In this document: one piece after another, positions 10,860 to 21,548 of the stretch
Position numbering within the stretch: the stretch's first letter is position 1
Layout of the letters: each line of letters opens with the position of its first letter
Assembly (NCBI GenBank): GCA_001599295.1
Contig: BCGN01000004.1
Span: 4,138-68,137, forward strand
DNA length: 64,000 bases
Reading direction: 5' to 3'
Source: Sporopachydermia quercuum
Lineage: Eukaryota
The notes under the pieces: generated by a model
What the model was told of the DNA's origin: nothing
What the model saw: only the letters and a program-made list of their open reading frames with translations
Databases searched by the model: none
Translations under genes and position numbers: made by a program

Positions 10860-12389
10860 TTAGTAGTCGTGGTTTAGACTCTCAGGATGAACCAGTCTAG
10901 AACGGAACTTTTCTGGTAATTCCAAAATTGAAATGACAATCAATTAGTATATTATCTAACAATCCACTGTCTTACAAGGGAGAAAGAACGTGTGAAACAT
11001 TAATAATATCCTATCAATAGGGAAAGTGTGAAAAGCCACTATTCAAAATAAGGTTTACACTTAANTTTGAAGGACAAAGTTTAAATCAGATATTAACCTT
11101 CAAATGCTAAACTCCAAAGTGATATAGGCATTGAAAATGAACACTTTTCAAAAGCTGATTCTGGAATAATATACTAAATAAAGCTAAACTAAAGCAATTA
11201 CTTTGTTGGGCTTTCATTTGACCAAAGTAACACTCATGTTTAAAACGATCTGAAGATTGCCGTCTGATTTAAGCTTTATTTTTCTAACCGTAAACTAGAA
11301 CTTTAAAAGTAGAGTTAAGAGCTTTGCCTATTCCGGTAATAGAGAATCAACTCACCCGAACGAAATAATATGACTTTGCAATTGAGAGAATAGCTAGAAA
11401 GACGTGTTTTTGATAGTTGCTGATAGTTCATATCTTTTACAAAAGTTACTACAATACCATGATTATAATAACCCGGATGAGTTAAGTCGAAATTGCCAAA
11501 AGAGAAGAGGGTTGATAGACGAAGAATAAGATATCCCATTGAACTGCAACGGTCAAACTGCATAACTATTGAGTACTTGTAATATAATATGTTCATGCTG
11601 TACGGCTGGAGGTATCAGAAGCTGAGCACTAAACATTTTGTGGGGAACAATGTGAGATAATAGATAATCCAACATATGTGTATTCTACATTTGCTCTACT
11701 GAGTGCTAGCATATGTAAGTTCAGGCCCTTTAGAAAAATAAAAAAATAAAAAATAAAATGAATGAATTAACAAATGAGCCGAAGAAATTATCAGCAAGCA
11801 TGAAAACATGTAGCAGACCTGAATGTTGATGAACAAACAACTGCAAGCCATCTCAATAACTTCTACACAGAATCCTCTTCCACAGAGAAGCGTTCCGGGA
11901 AACTTTGCAATAATCAATTGAACATCAAATTCTTTCGAGAGATTGCCTATGAGAGGATCTAAATGAAAACAGGCCCGAAGCCAATTACCAATGTTGGTTA
12001 ATGTGAACGGAAAACATTAAGATTACACACTGTAAGTAAACCTTAACATGCCATCTCTAAACTCTAATGTAAACTCTAAAATTAGAGCGTTGGAAGAATA
12101 GAGACCAGCAAAGGGATATGAAAAAGGATAAGAATAATAGCCAAAGCTTAAGGAATTCTTTACTTAAAACAATAAATATTTGCCAAAGATTGTATATGGG
12201 GAAAANGGATTTCNCATCATCTCAATCAATGCTAATCAAGTAAATATTTCATAGAGTGTAACGAACCAATGTCGTCTGATAGGCGATAAGATTAAAGTTT
12301 TACGCTAACCGTAATAGAGTTCAGGTACTGCAGAAGGAAATATCTACTTCTCGCTATATGTATTATCCTTCCTGTCTATTTCTCCAGCT

Positions 12390-12401
12390 TCTGGCTTATC
12401 G
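12390..12401 (+). promoter_or_regulatory. TCTGGCTTATCG motif, copy 2
   Basis: Exact 12-mer match to 10848-10859; lies ~200 bp upstream of the MFS ATG. Confidence 0.55.
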
Positions 12402-12601
12402 GCTGTTCTTTAATCTCTTCTATAGTCAAAATAGATTTCTTCTATATTCAAAATAGCTACATAAATGAAATGGATCTCCTCATTTTTTGCTCTCTTGATC
12501 CTAAACTATCACTGGATCTTCACTAGTATCACCAAAGACCTTAGCCAACTGTCAACTGCAAGCGAAGATCAAAAATCAAAAATCACATACTAATAGTCAA
12601 C

Positions 12602-14206
12602 ATGGTTTCTGAGGGTATTGAGAAAAGCTCTGCTCCGTCTGACGCTATCAAAGCAGAGTTTGAGACTGCCGAGCGATCAATCACCAACTCCAGCAATGTG
12701 TCAACTTTGGAACAGGACGTCATAGAGGCTGATAAGGTTGATATGACTGATCTGAACCATCACGATAAAGTCCTGTCTGCTAAGATGTATCTAGTAAACA
12801 ATGCTTTAGACGAGATAGGTTTTACATGGTATCATTTCAAGATATTTATTCTGTCGGGAATGGGATATGCAGTTGATTCCCAGATCACTCTTCTAGCAAG
12901 CTACACTGCAATTCCAGTGTCAACTGAGTTTGGAGTGACGTTTCCTGTGTACGGGATTATGGCTTATGGAGGCCTATTGGTTGGAGCCTTGCTCTGGGGG
13001 TTTAGTGCTGATATCATTGGGCGGAAGTTTGCTTTCAACACGTCTCTGCTATTTGGATCGGTGTGTGGGCTGACAGTTGGAGGCATGCCTACTTATGCTG
13101 GTTACTGTGTGATGCTGTTCCTAACTTCTATGGGCTATGGTGGAAATTTGGTCTTGGACACGTCGGTATTTCTGGAGTATCTGCCGTTCAAATATCACTG
13201 GATGATGGTGTTTTATGCTTGCTGGTGGGGAGTAGGACAGACCATTGCTGCACTCATCACCTGGCCGTTTCTGGTCAACTACACCTGTGTCTCACCTTTA
13301 GACTGCACCAAGGAGAACAATATGGGATGGAGGTACACCTGGATTACCAATTGCGCTCTTGTATTGGTAGTAGCTATTGGTCGGCTTACGGTGATCAAGT
13401 TTGAGGAGACTCCTAAGTTTCTGATTATCAAAGGAGACGATGAGCAGATCGTAAGAGTTCTGTCTGGCGTTGCCCAGAAGTACAACCGAGCTTGTTCTCT
13501 TACGGTAGACGAATTGGTCAAGTGTGGAAATTTGGGAGACTATGAAATTGAAAACCAGACCAGATCATTTAAAGGCCTAGCAGGAATCATGAAACATCAT
13601 GTGTCAATTCTATTCTCCTCGAAAAAGGTCGCCAGATCTTCATTCCTCATTTGGTTGTCCTGGACTCTCCTAGGTATTGCGTATCCTCTCTACTATGTGT
13701 TTCTGCCTCAATATCTGGCAGCGGCTGGAGCTCAGTTTGGCGACAGCTCTACATATACTACCTATAAGAATCTTGTAATCACCAATGCTGCCAGTACTGT
13801 TGGCCCTATGATTGCTGCAGGCTTGCTGTTTGTTCCAAAGATTGGCCAGAGAATGGTAATGGTGATTGGAGCTCTGATCAGCATGACGTTCCTGTTTGCC
13901 TACTCTGCAGTAAGAAATCAATCTGAAAACGTGGGATTTACTGCAGCAGTTAATATTGCTTGCAACATTTACTACGCAGTTCTGTATGCATACACCCCTG
14001 AAGTTCTTCCTTCAGCAGCAAGAAACACTGGTAACTCATTGGCAATGGCTTCGACTAGACTTATGGGTTGCGTAGCTACCGTTATAGGATTCTATGCAAA
14101 TGCAACGACTGCAGTGCCAATATATATTTGCGGAGCGGTGTTCGGAGCCATTGGGTTGGTAGCAATGTTGCTGCCGTTTGAACCATCGGGAAAGAGAACT
14201 GTATGA
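12602..14206 (+). CDS. MFS transporter (SV2/organic-solute-like), substrate unknown
   Basis: About 12 hydrophobic segments, motif A (GFSADIIGRK), ETPKFL, YAYTPEVLPS..R..G. Confidence 0.9.
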   Translation: MVSEGIEKSSAPSDAIKAEFETAERSITNSSNVSTLEQDVIEADKVDMTDLNHHDKVLSAKMYLVNNALDEIGFTWYHFKIFILSGMGYAVDSQITLLASYTAIPVSTEFGVTFPVYGIMAYGGLLVGALLWGFSADIIGRKFAFNTSLLFGSVCGLTVGGMPTYAGYCVMLFLTSMGYGGNLVLDTSVFLEYLPFKYHWMMVFYACWWGVGQTIAALITWPFLVNYTCVSPLDCTKENNMGWRYTWITNCALVLVVAIGRLTVIKFEETPKFLIIKGDDEQIVRVLSGVAQKYNRACSLTVDELVKCGNLGDYEIENQTRSFKGLAGIMKHHVSILFSSKKVARSSFLIWLSWTLLGIAYPLYYVFLPQYLAAAGAQFGDSSTYTTYKNLVITNAASTVGPMIAAGLLFVPKIGQRMVMVIGALISMTFLFAYSAVRNQSENVGFTAAVNIACNIYYAVLYAYTPEVLPSAARNTGNSLAMASTRLMGCVATVIGFYANATTAVPIYICGAVFGAIGLVAMLLPFEPSGKRTV

Positions 14207-14638
14207 GATTGCAGAGTTCTAGTTGTTTATAAGTCTTTAGTATTGNTTTTCAACTCTTGGGATAGTTTAGATTGGAGTTTTGTAGAATTAAAGTTCGTGA
14301 AGCTATTTAATAAATTTCGAAAACTCTTATCGAACTGTATAAATCAAAGGGAAACGTAGATGAGTTGTAACGTGAAAGAATACAAATATGAGATCGATTG
14401 ACTACAAGAGTTCATTCAGAAATTAAGAACTACTTGGAGTAAAATGTAATGCGTCCCAGATGGGTTGGAGTATCAGACACGAAAATGAATTAACTGAACA
14501 ATAAGATAAATTGAGAAAGAAGGTATCAGTAATTAGAGTATGAATTAAAAGGAGTTTTCATATTAAATTAAAACAGACTATACCGACAGAAACTCCTCAC
14601 TAATATTTTGATTTACTGAATGGCTGATCTCTTATATT

Positions 14639-16003
14639 CTATCCTATCCACTTCGCATATTTCATGAACTCCTGATCAATCTTCAGAATCTCCATATGAT
14701 CGACCCTCAAAGAAATTGCAAGAACAATCTCACCATCTGGTCGTTTCGGCAGTAGATACATTAATCCTTCCAAAGGAGTAAACATCGGTCTTCTTATACC
14801 TTCGGGCTTTCCTAAACCAAAGTTGAAGTCAAGACTATAGCAATTTATCTTTGCCCAAGAACTCAGCATCACATCAGTTGCACCATTTGATAAAGCAGTG
14901 AACGAAAACCCTGATTTGCCTTGAAGCTGGCTAACATATGTNGCAAGAGCTCTAGTGCGAGACAGCAGTTTGGAGGGATCTTGTTCTTGNCTTAGCTGAG
15001 AAGCTATTATTCCCATTGGCGTATGAACCAGACTTTCTAAAGTCTTGTTGGAATAAGTCATATTCTGCAATAGACCTGAATATTCTCGCGGCACTCCCAC
15101 TACTTCCTTAACATCAACAGCTCTTGNACACTTAGTATTGACTGCTGGCTAAAGACGCCCAAGACAGATTCTACCAACACTTTTCCATATAAAAGCACTT
15201 AGAGCATCGTCTTTAGAAACAAAAGTCACCGCAGCCATCTTTTCATCCACCGTCAAATCCTTCAAATCTTCCAAGGCCTTCATATCAAATGCAAAAGAGT
15301 CCCAAACAGCTTCCATAGGCTCGCCACTCACTTTACGTTCGGCCTTCACTATCTGTTCCTTCAGTTCTTCTCCTGGGTTATAGGCCTCCAGCAGAGGAAT
15401 AACAACTTCCCTATCGATCTTCTGTACTGCTACGTCCTCTTCGCTAAACTTCTCGTTTTGACACGCCTTTGACAACAGTCTCATCACCGCAAACTGTCCT
15501 CCCATATCCATAGCTGCGTGATGAGCAACAATAGTGAACACCACCCCTCCTTGAATCCAATTAATCTGCAACAGCAAAACAGGTTCAGGGGCTTCGGGGT
15601 CGAATCCTGGACCTCCTGGAAGAGTTCTGCGGGGTGCAATCAAGTCTTCGTCGAGTAACTTTATAGGAAAGTTAAACTGTTTCAGCTGGTCCATAGAAGG
15701 AGCCGAAGGATAACTGCGGAGATCTTTGATAATTAAAAAAGGCACATCTTCGAAAGGAATTATTTTGTAGATTGGAGAATAGGTTTGGTTGGCATTTATG
15801 CCTCTTATTTGACCTGCAATTCATGGGANCTGTTGGGTTAACCGGTAAAGTCCTTTGTGAAGTGTGGAGATGATTTACTGATGGATTGAGGATCAGGAAT
15901 AGGATAGCAAAAGCTGATTTGAGTGTAAATGCGGAGGAGAGGCTGCTGAGAAAAGATGTCNAGATTCAGATTAGAAGGGTAGTTGATTGATTGATGTGAT
16001 CAT
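14639..16003 (-). pseudogene. AYT1: Trichothecene 3-O-acetyltransferase-like (TRI101/AYT1, BAHD-type) pseudogene
   Basis: Motifs LDIFSQQPLLRIYTQIS, IAPRRTLP, HHAAMDMGGQ (HxxxD), GLLQNMTY and DFNFGLGKP. Lesions: frameshift near 15885, and in-frame TAA 15875-77, TGA 15821-23 (conserved Trp) and TAG 15149-51. The 5' boundary is approximate. Confidence 0.88.
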
Positions 16004-16529
16004 TGATGCAATGCTGCTGTTTTATTAGTGATTGATTGTTAGATTCGAAATGTTGGTGAAAACCCATAAAGGAACACTAATCCGTCGTTAATAAGTTGGC
16101 ATTCAGTGAATGGTTAATGGAGTTGTGCAATCTGTGATTTAATGATTTGACTAACTGATTTGAATAATTGATTTGATAGTCTATTTAATGATTAGATACA
16201 CCGTTGCACTGCACTGCCAAGTACGACATTTTACCGATTGCTTTACAATCGAACTTCCAAAATAATGAAATTCTTTAATGAATTTTGGCATTTTATTCAT
16301 TTTAATAGCTTATAATGAGTTGACTATTCGATTGTTTATACTAAATGATTTCTGAATGAGTACTTCGGAGATGCTAACATCGAAGTTTCCACTTATTCAA
16401 TATTGACAATTGAGGAAAGTTTAACTAAGTCATTAATATAANTAGTTAATATTTGATTGGCACTGATTTTTCTGGACCTACTTTTTCAAGAACGGGGGTG
16501 GACAAATAAATTACTATATAGTTTAGTTA

Positions 16530-16860
16530 CCAAGAAGAATAAGTTCGTTGATTCTTGATGTATATATATGACTTTAAAGACTACTCCCTATACTCNTCCA
16601 ATACCCTTAGACACTGTTATTTATACCTATTGTGCACANTAACAAAGCACCATCCAACTGCTCCAGCACCTACCAGAGAACTCANTTACATTGGGACATC
16701 GGGGTATGTGNGATGTCTGAGCCACAGTCGAACAACTATGGGAAATAAGGTTTGAANAGACCCTCAGTACTAGCGGGACACAAGAGGCCTGGGACGCAAA
16801 GACCAGCAGCGAGAGTGACGGANCACGCGGCTGCACCGGGATGGACCGCCACGACCACAA
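16530..16860 (+). repeat. Degenerate repeat family B, copy 2 (longer form, N-rich)
   Basis: Same anchors as 2997-3130, with ~170 extra bases between AAAGCACC and CGGGATGGACCGCCACGAC. Confidence 0.75.
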
Positions 16861-17197
16861 CTCTTAACAATGTAGGTCCTTACGGGGGCAAAATAGTAGT
16901 TGCTCCATCTACAGATCGAGTAGACAAGTGCTCGGTGGCAAAATAGTAATTTTACCTTATACAATGCTCCAATATAACCGATAAGATGGGTGATTGCTTC
17001 GAACGGGGAATAATTAGAGTACAAATATGCCTCCGTAGCCCTTTTGAACCGTAGAACATTGATGCAATGAAAATTTTATTGACCGTGTACCACTTTTGTG
17101 TATTGTAATGATTGATCAAAGNCGAATAGTTGAGAAGATGTTATCCTGAGCTTTCAGTTGATAGCTAATTTTTTCAATAATAGGAAGTATAACAAAA

Positions 17198-17965
17198 ATG
17201 GCGAGATCTGTGGTTGTATTTGGTGGGACCGGAGGTTGTGCCAATGCTTGCACAACCAAATGTCTACTCAATGGTATGAATGTGAAAGCTCTTGCAAGAA
17301 ACCCCGAGAAACTGGAAAGTATGCTATTGGAGCAGGGCATCAGTAAGGCAGTACTCGATGATCAATTGGTAATAGTNAAAGGTGATGCAACTGATATTGA
17401 AGCAGTCAAAGCTACATTAGGACCTCAAGAAGGCTTCTCTGCTCCAGAATTCATCATTTTTGGCATTGGAGCAAAACCTCAGTTGAAACGGTCATTAACT
17501 GAACCAGTTGGATTAACCAATCCTACAGTGTGTGGGGATTCCATGAAAGTGATACTGAGTGCTTTACAACAGCTTTCCATCTCCCCAAAACCTCGTTTGG
17601 CTATTGTTTCTACTACTGGAATATCGGACGGACCTAACGATGTACCTTTCGGGTTGAGAAGTATATACAAGTATATGCTCCATGTCCCGCATATCGACAA
17701 AAAGATTATGGAACAAGTAGCTGCCTCGGAAGAAGCCCGTGCTGTTTTATCTGGGGTGAGCATTGTTAGATGCTCACTGTTNACTGGTAATCACTTACTG
17801 AAAGATGGTGGAAATAGTGTGGTGAAAGCTGGTACTGATAAGTCTCCAGCAATTGGGTATACTATCAAACGAGCAGCAGTTGGAACTTGGATTTATGATA
17901 ATATCATCAATACCAAGAACCAAAATTCTGACTTCTCATCAATCATTACTCTTACATCGGGATAA
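17198..17965 (+). CDS. NAD(P)-binding Rossmann-fold protein (atypical SDR / flavin reductase-like)
   Basis: VVVFGGTGG, VKALARNPEKL, KGDATD, PHIDKKIME, GYTIKRAAVG. Confidence 0.85.
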   Translation: MARSVVVFGGTGGCANACTTKCLLNGMNVKALARNPEKLESMLLEQGISKAVLDDQLVIXKGDATDIEAVKATLGPQEGFSAPEFIIFGIGAKPQLKRSLTEPVGLTNPTVCGDSMKVILSALQQLSISPKPRLAIVSTTGISDGPNDVPFGLRSIYKYMLHVPHIDKKIMEQVAASEEARAVLSGVSIVRCSLXTGNHLLKDGGNSVVKAGTDKSPAIGYTIKRAAVGTWIYDNIINTKNQNSDFSSIITLTSG

Positions 17966-19081
17966 CGAATAGGGGATGCAATACTGGAGGGGTGTCTGTG
18001 TTTTGTTTGATTATATAGATATATGTTGTACCATTTATAAATATGAGTTTGACTTTATAGATAGGATTTGTAAAATTATGATAGTGACTATAGTGCTTGA
18101 TTAGTACCTATAAGTGTCAGGAAGAAATGTTCTTCGGAAAGGGACGTAACTACTTCGGAATTTGATTAAATATGCTCTTATTGATACCACACTGCCCCTA
18201 ATGTTTTATGAATGCACATGCAAAAATTTAGATTCGGATGATGATAAGAAACTGGGTAAAATTCGAATGTACCAAAAGAGAGATAATAGTCACGCGACCA
18301 CCGGAATCATTTTGGTCTGAATATATCACGTGATCAGAATGATAGTGGTCAAGATGCCTTTTTGTCTTTTCTCAGAAGATTATACATCGATACATGCTAC
18401 CGAAAAATTGGACGAAAAATTTTTATAATTCTTTTCTATTTTGATCACATATATGTGTTTTCAAAATTATATATCATTTGACTTCCGAGGTTTCCTTGCT
18501 TGAAATGGATTATCAAAAGAATATTGTTTGTTGAATTTTTGGTCTTAGAGTTTCCTCAAACCAAGCAAAAAAATAGTAGCTCAAATTTAGATTACAAACA
18601 CTAAATATGTGACAATTATGATATACATTTCTGAATGCACTTAATATAATCTGTATTAAAATTTGTATTTAAAAGCCATTACTGGTTTTCTAAAGTACAG
18701 AGGATAACTTCATATATAATAATAGAAGACACAACGATGTTATATTTGAAAGAAAGTTTACAACTCTAATTTTCAACTTCTCTTTATAGCGATAGAACTT
18801 ATTTTTTAAGTTCATACTTTCAAACTTCTTATTGAGTTACACAAGTTATAACTCTGGCAACTTATTCGGCATTATATGGCATGTTTTATTCCATTACCGT
18901 TACGTATTTTATTACAATAGTATTGTAGTATTCTGATTATTATATTGTACTCATTTATCCAACGTTTACATCTTGTTTTTTCAGTAAGAATGTTTGTTTG
19001 TTATTAGTAAAGATATATCATTACATATGTCGATGAGAATTTTATTTACTNGGGTCATAAGTATAAAAGTTTCAAAGAGTG

Positions 19082-19293
19082 GAATAAACTGTCAATCTAG
19101 CGTATGTTGACGCATTGTGAATACATGTCCATACAAACATAATGCAACATATAGACAACCTTAAATGTAGATAGACAAACTACAGGACTGTGATATATCG
19201 GTCAGTACTCAACATACTACTAATAAAAGTATATAATCGGATAGCTACGGAATTAGATAATAAATACATAAATTTATATATAACTACAAGGAC
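19082..19293 (+). repeat. Degenerate dispersed repeat family A, copy 3 (partial)
   Basis: Collinear with 5672-5890: GAATAAACTGT, GTATGTTGACGCA, TGTGAATACATGT, CATACAAAC, GACAACCTTAAATG, AAAGTATATAA, GATAGCTA. Confidence 0.78.
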
Positions 19294-19826
19294 CTTAATC
19301 ACTTTTTAGTTTGATCAGTTTTCAAACTTCCTTGCAAAAAAAGAAAATAAAATAAAGCTGAATTTTATTCTCAATTAGGAATGGCCTGTAATGTGCTTGG
19401 GCACATCATACCTGTACGACCAGTAATTGCATAGATAAATGACATTTATAGATCCCTTATAACTGTAACCACAATTTCATCAGACCGAAAAATCCAAATT
19501 CTGAACGTGGGAGTTTTATCTGTACATATCTATATAATAAACTACAAAAACTTTCATGGATGAGAGGTGTTTTGATAATAAGTATAGAATTTCTAATAAC
19601 AATTCCATTGCTGGGTATAAAATAAAAAAGTTGTTATCATTTGTGTTGTTACAACTATATTCTTATCAATATGGAATGTGAACAATAAATTATGCCAAAG
19701 AGATTAATCTTCTACGGAAGTATACTTGAAATGATACTAATTGCATTGCATACAGTAAATATTCCTGTTAGCGCAATTCCGAATCCTTCATTATAAAACT
19801 AACCAGCACTAAACCAAAACAAACAA

Positions 19827-21548
19827 TCAATGGGCAAATCTAAAGTCCAGTCTTCTGTTTCCCTTGTCAGTTGTTGTCAAGGTATACTCAACTTGTTCTT
19901 CCTTTGTGAGAGCATCCCATTGCTTATCCTTTTGCTTATTACGATATAAATAATAAACCTTTGTTAGCACTAATACAGCAATTGTAGCAATGTTGATTCC
20001 AAATAAAGCAGCATTTCCTCGCCTATATAATGGCGCATCATCTTTTCTATAGATGTTAGATGANACGATAGAACCGGCCTGCACAAACATATTGTATAAC
20101 GCTGCACTAACCGTTCTTGATCTAACAGCATTTGAGTTTCTAGAGCACCAGGCAACTAGAATAGCGTGAATATATGGACAACCCAAATAAAGAACTAATA
20201 CAGCATATGACTGCCATATATAACCAGGTTGACCAATATCAGCCCAAAAAGCGAGCACTCCACCTAATGGCACAAGCCATAATGGTTGTAACGTTGACGT
20301 TAAACTTCTCTCGCCCAATTTCTCAGTAAGCCATGTGATCAAAAGCAGTAAGATTATATGTAATACTGCCTGTGGGATAGTAAGCACTGTTGTAACAACT
20401 GGAGAGAAACCCATTTGTCTCAAAATAATTGTGATATAGTTAGTAGTTGTCGATACAGGTATATAAGCAATCAAGCCAATGATATACAATGGCCATAAAT
20501 CGAAATCTGTAAGTGCTTCCCATAATAATTTCGGTGTTATATGTTGTCTATTATTCATATCTCCCTTACTAGGGTCATCTCTCAGTAACCTATTCACAAC
20601 AATCTTTTCTTCTTTATCAGTGAACCAACCTTTTTTCCTGAACCAAGTTCTTGTTTGAACAGGAGAAGCTGGCATTCGGAAATATGAAGCAGCTCCAATC
20701 AGAAATGTAAAGATCCCTTCAAGTAAAAATAGCCATTGCCAACCATGCCACCCTAAAACCCCTCTAAGACGTAAAATACCAAATGCTGCTAAAGCAGAAC
20801 CAACTTGAGCTACAGAAAGTGCAGTCCAAAAGTATGATAAACGAATAGGTAGTTCTTTTGATGTATAGAAATAAGATAACCATAAAATCACATCAGGAAT
20901 AAAGCCACCTTCNAGTATACCGAGCAAACTTCTTGTAACAAAAAAACCTGTTCTACCTTTCATTGCTGCTTGGGACATAGCAATAATTGACCATAAACAA
21001 ATCTGGGTAGGAATCCATCTATCAGGTCCTAAACCTTTAGACACTAATTGTGAAGGCAATTCAGCAGCTAAGAATGAGACAAAAAAGATAGTCTGACCAG
21101 TGTTATAATCATTTGTTGTTAAATTCAAATTTGGTAGCATATCATCAGCCAAAGCTTGACTGATGTTTCCTCTATCAACTTGCAACGCAATAAACATAAC
21201 ACATGCCCAGAAGCAAGCATACCATTCTAGCTTTCTTACAACAATCTTTTCTTCTCTAGCTTCCCACTCAAATTCAGGATCAAATAAATGTCTACATTCA
21301 TAATTGGTTTTCTCATAAAGCTGTCTATAATAATCAGCAACTTCGGGATTACTGAATATATTGTCGCTGTCAGAATTGGTAACAATTCTTTCAATCTCTT
21401 CCTCTAATTCCTCTCCGGTTTTTGAAATACTATTCCTTTTATAAGATTGAACTTGTGAATCATCTGATAAAGAGAGAGTATCAGCATTTGCAAAATCTTT
21501 CTTTGAATCAGAAGATTCATCAGATTTTTTTTTGAAAGAAAATCCCAT
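19827..21548 (-). CDS. SOA1: Dal5/ACS-family MFS permease, sulfonate/sulfur-compound transporter (YIL166C-like)
   Basis: YECRHLFDPEFEW, DRGNISQA, ELPSQLVSK..GPDRWIP, GWQWLFLLEG, RLLRDDPSKGDM, C-terminal LDFRFAH. Confidence 0.85.
   Translation of the reverse strand: MGFSFKKKSDESSDSKKDFANADTLSLSDDSQVQSYKRNSISKTGEELEEEIERIVTNSDSDNIFSNPEVADYYRQLYEKTNYECRHLFDPEFEWEAREEKIVVRKLEWYACFWACVMFIALQVDRGNISQALADDMLPNLNLTTNDYNTGQTIFFVSFLAAELPSQLVSKGLGPDRWIPTQICLWSIIAMSQAAMKGRTGFFVTRSLLGIXEGGFIPDVILWLSYFYTSKELPIRLSYFWTALSVAQVGSALAAFGILRLRGVLGWHGWQWLFLLEGIFTFLIGAASYFRMPASPVQTRTWFRKKGWFTDKEEKIVVNRLLRDDPSKGDMNNRQHITPKLLWEALTDFDLWPLYIIGLIAYIPVSTTTNYITIILRQMGFSPVVTTVLTIPQAVLHIILLLLITWLTEKLGERSLTSTLQPLWLVPLGGVLAFWADIGQPGYIWQSYAVLVLYLGCPYIHAILVAWCSRNSNAVRSRTVSAALYNMFVQAGSIXSSNIYRKDDAPLYRRGNAALFGINIATIAVLVLTKVYYLYRNKQKDKQWDALTKEEQVEYTLTTTDKGNRRLDFRFAH

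Noticed and set aside
7170..13921. Antisense and alternate-frame ORFs (for example 10089-10682, 7255-7611, 13063-13404)
   Set aside because: These are shadows of real, GC-richer genes, often with non-ATG starts and no motifs. The same applies to those inside SEC6, PBP1 and the PXA gene.
15149..15151. In-frame TAG as evidence of readthrough or an alternative genetic code
   Set aside because: The same gene also has TGA, TAA and a frameshift, and TAG terminates intact genes here (for example the TF and JLP1).
18325..18420. ATCACGTG followed ~65 bp later by CCGAAA, resembling point-centromere CDEI/CDEIII
   Set aside because: The spacer is too short and not >90% AT, the CDEIII match is poor, and point centromeres are confined to Saccharomycetaceae, which this intron-rich genome does not resemble.
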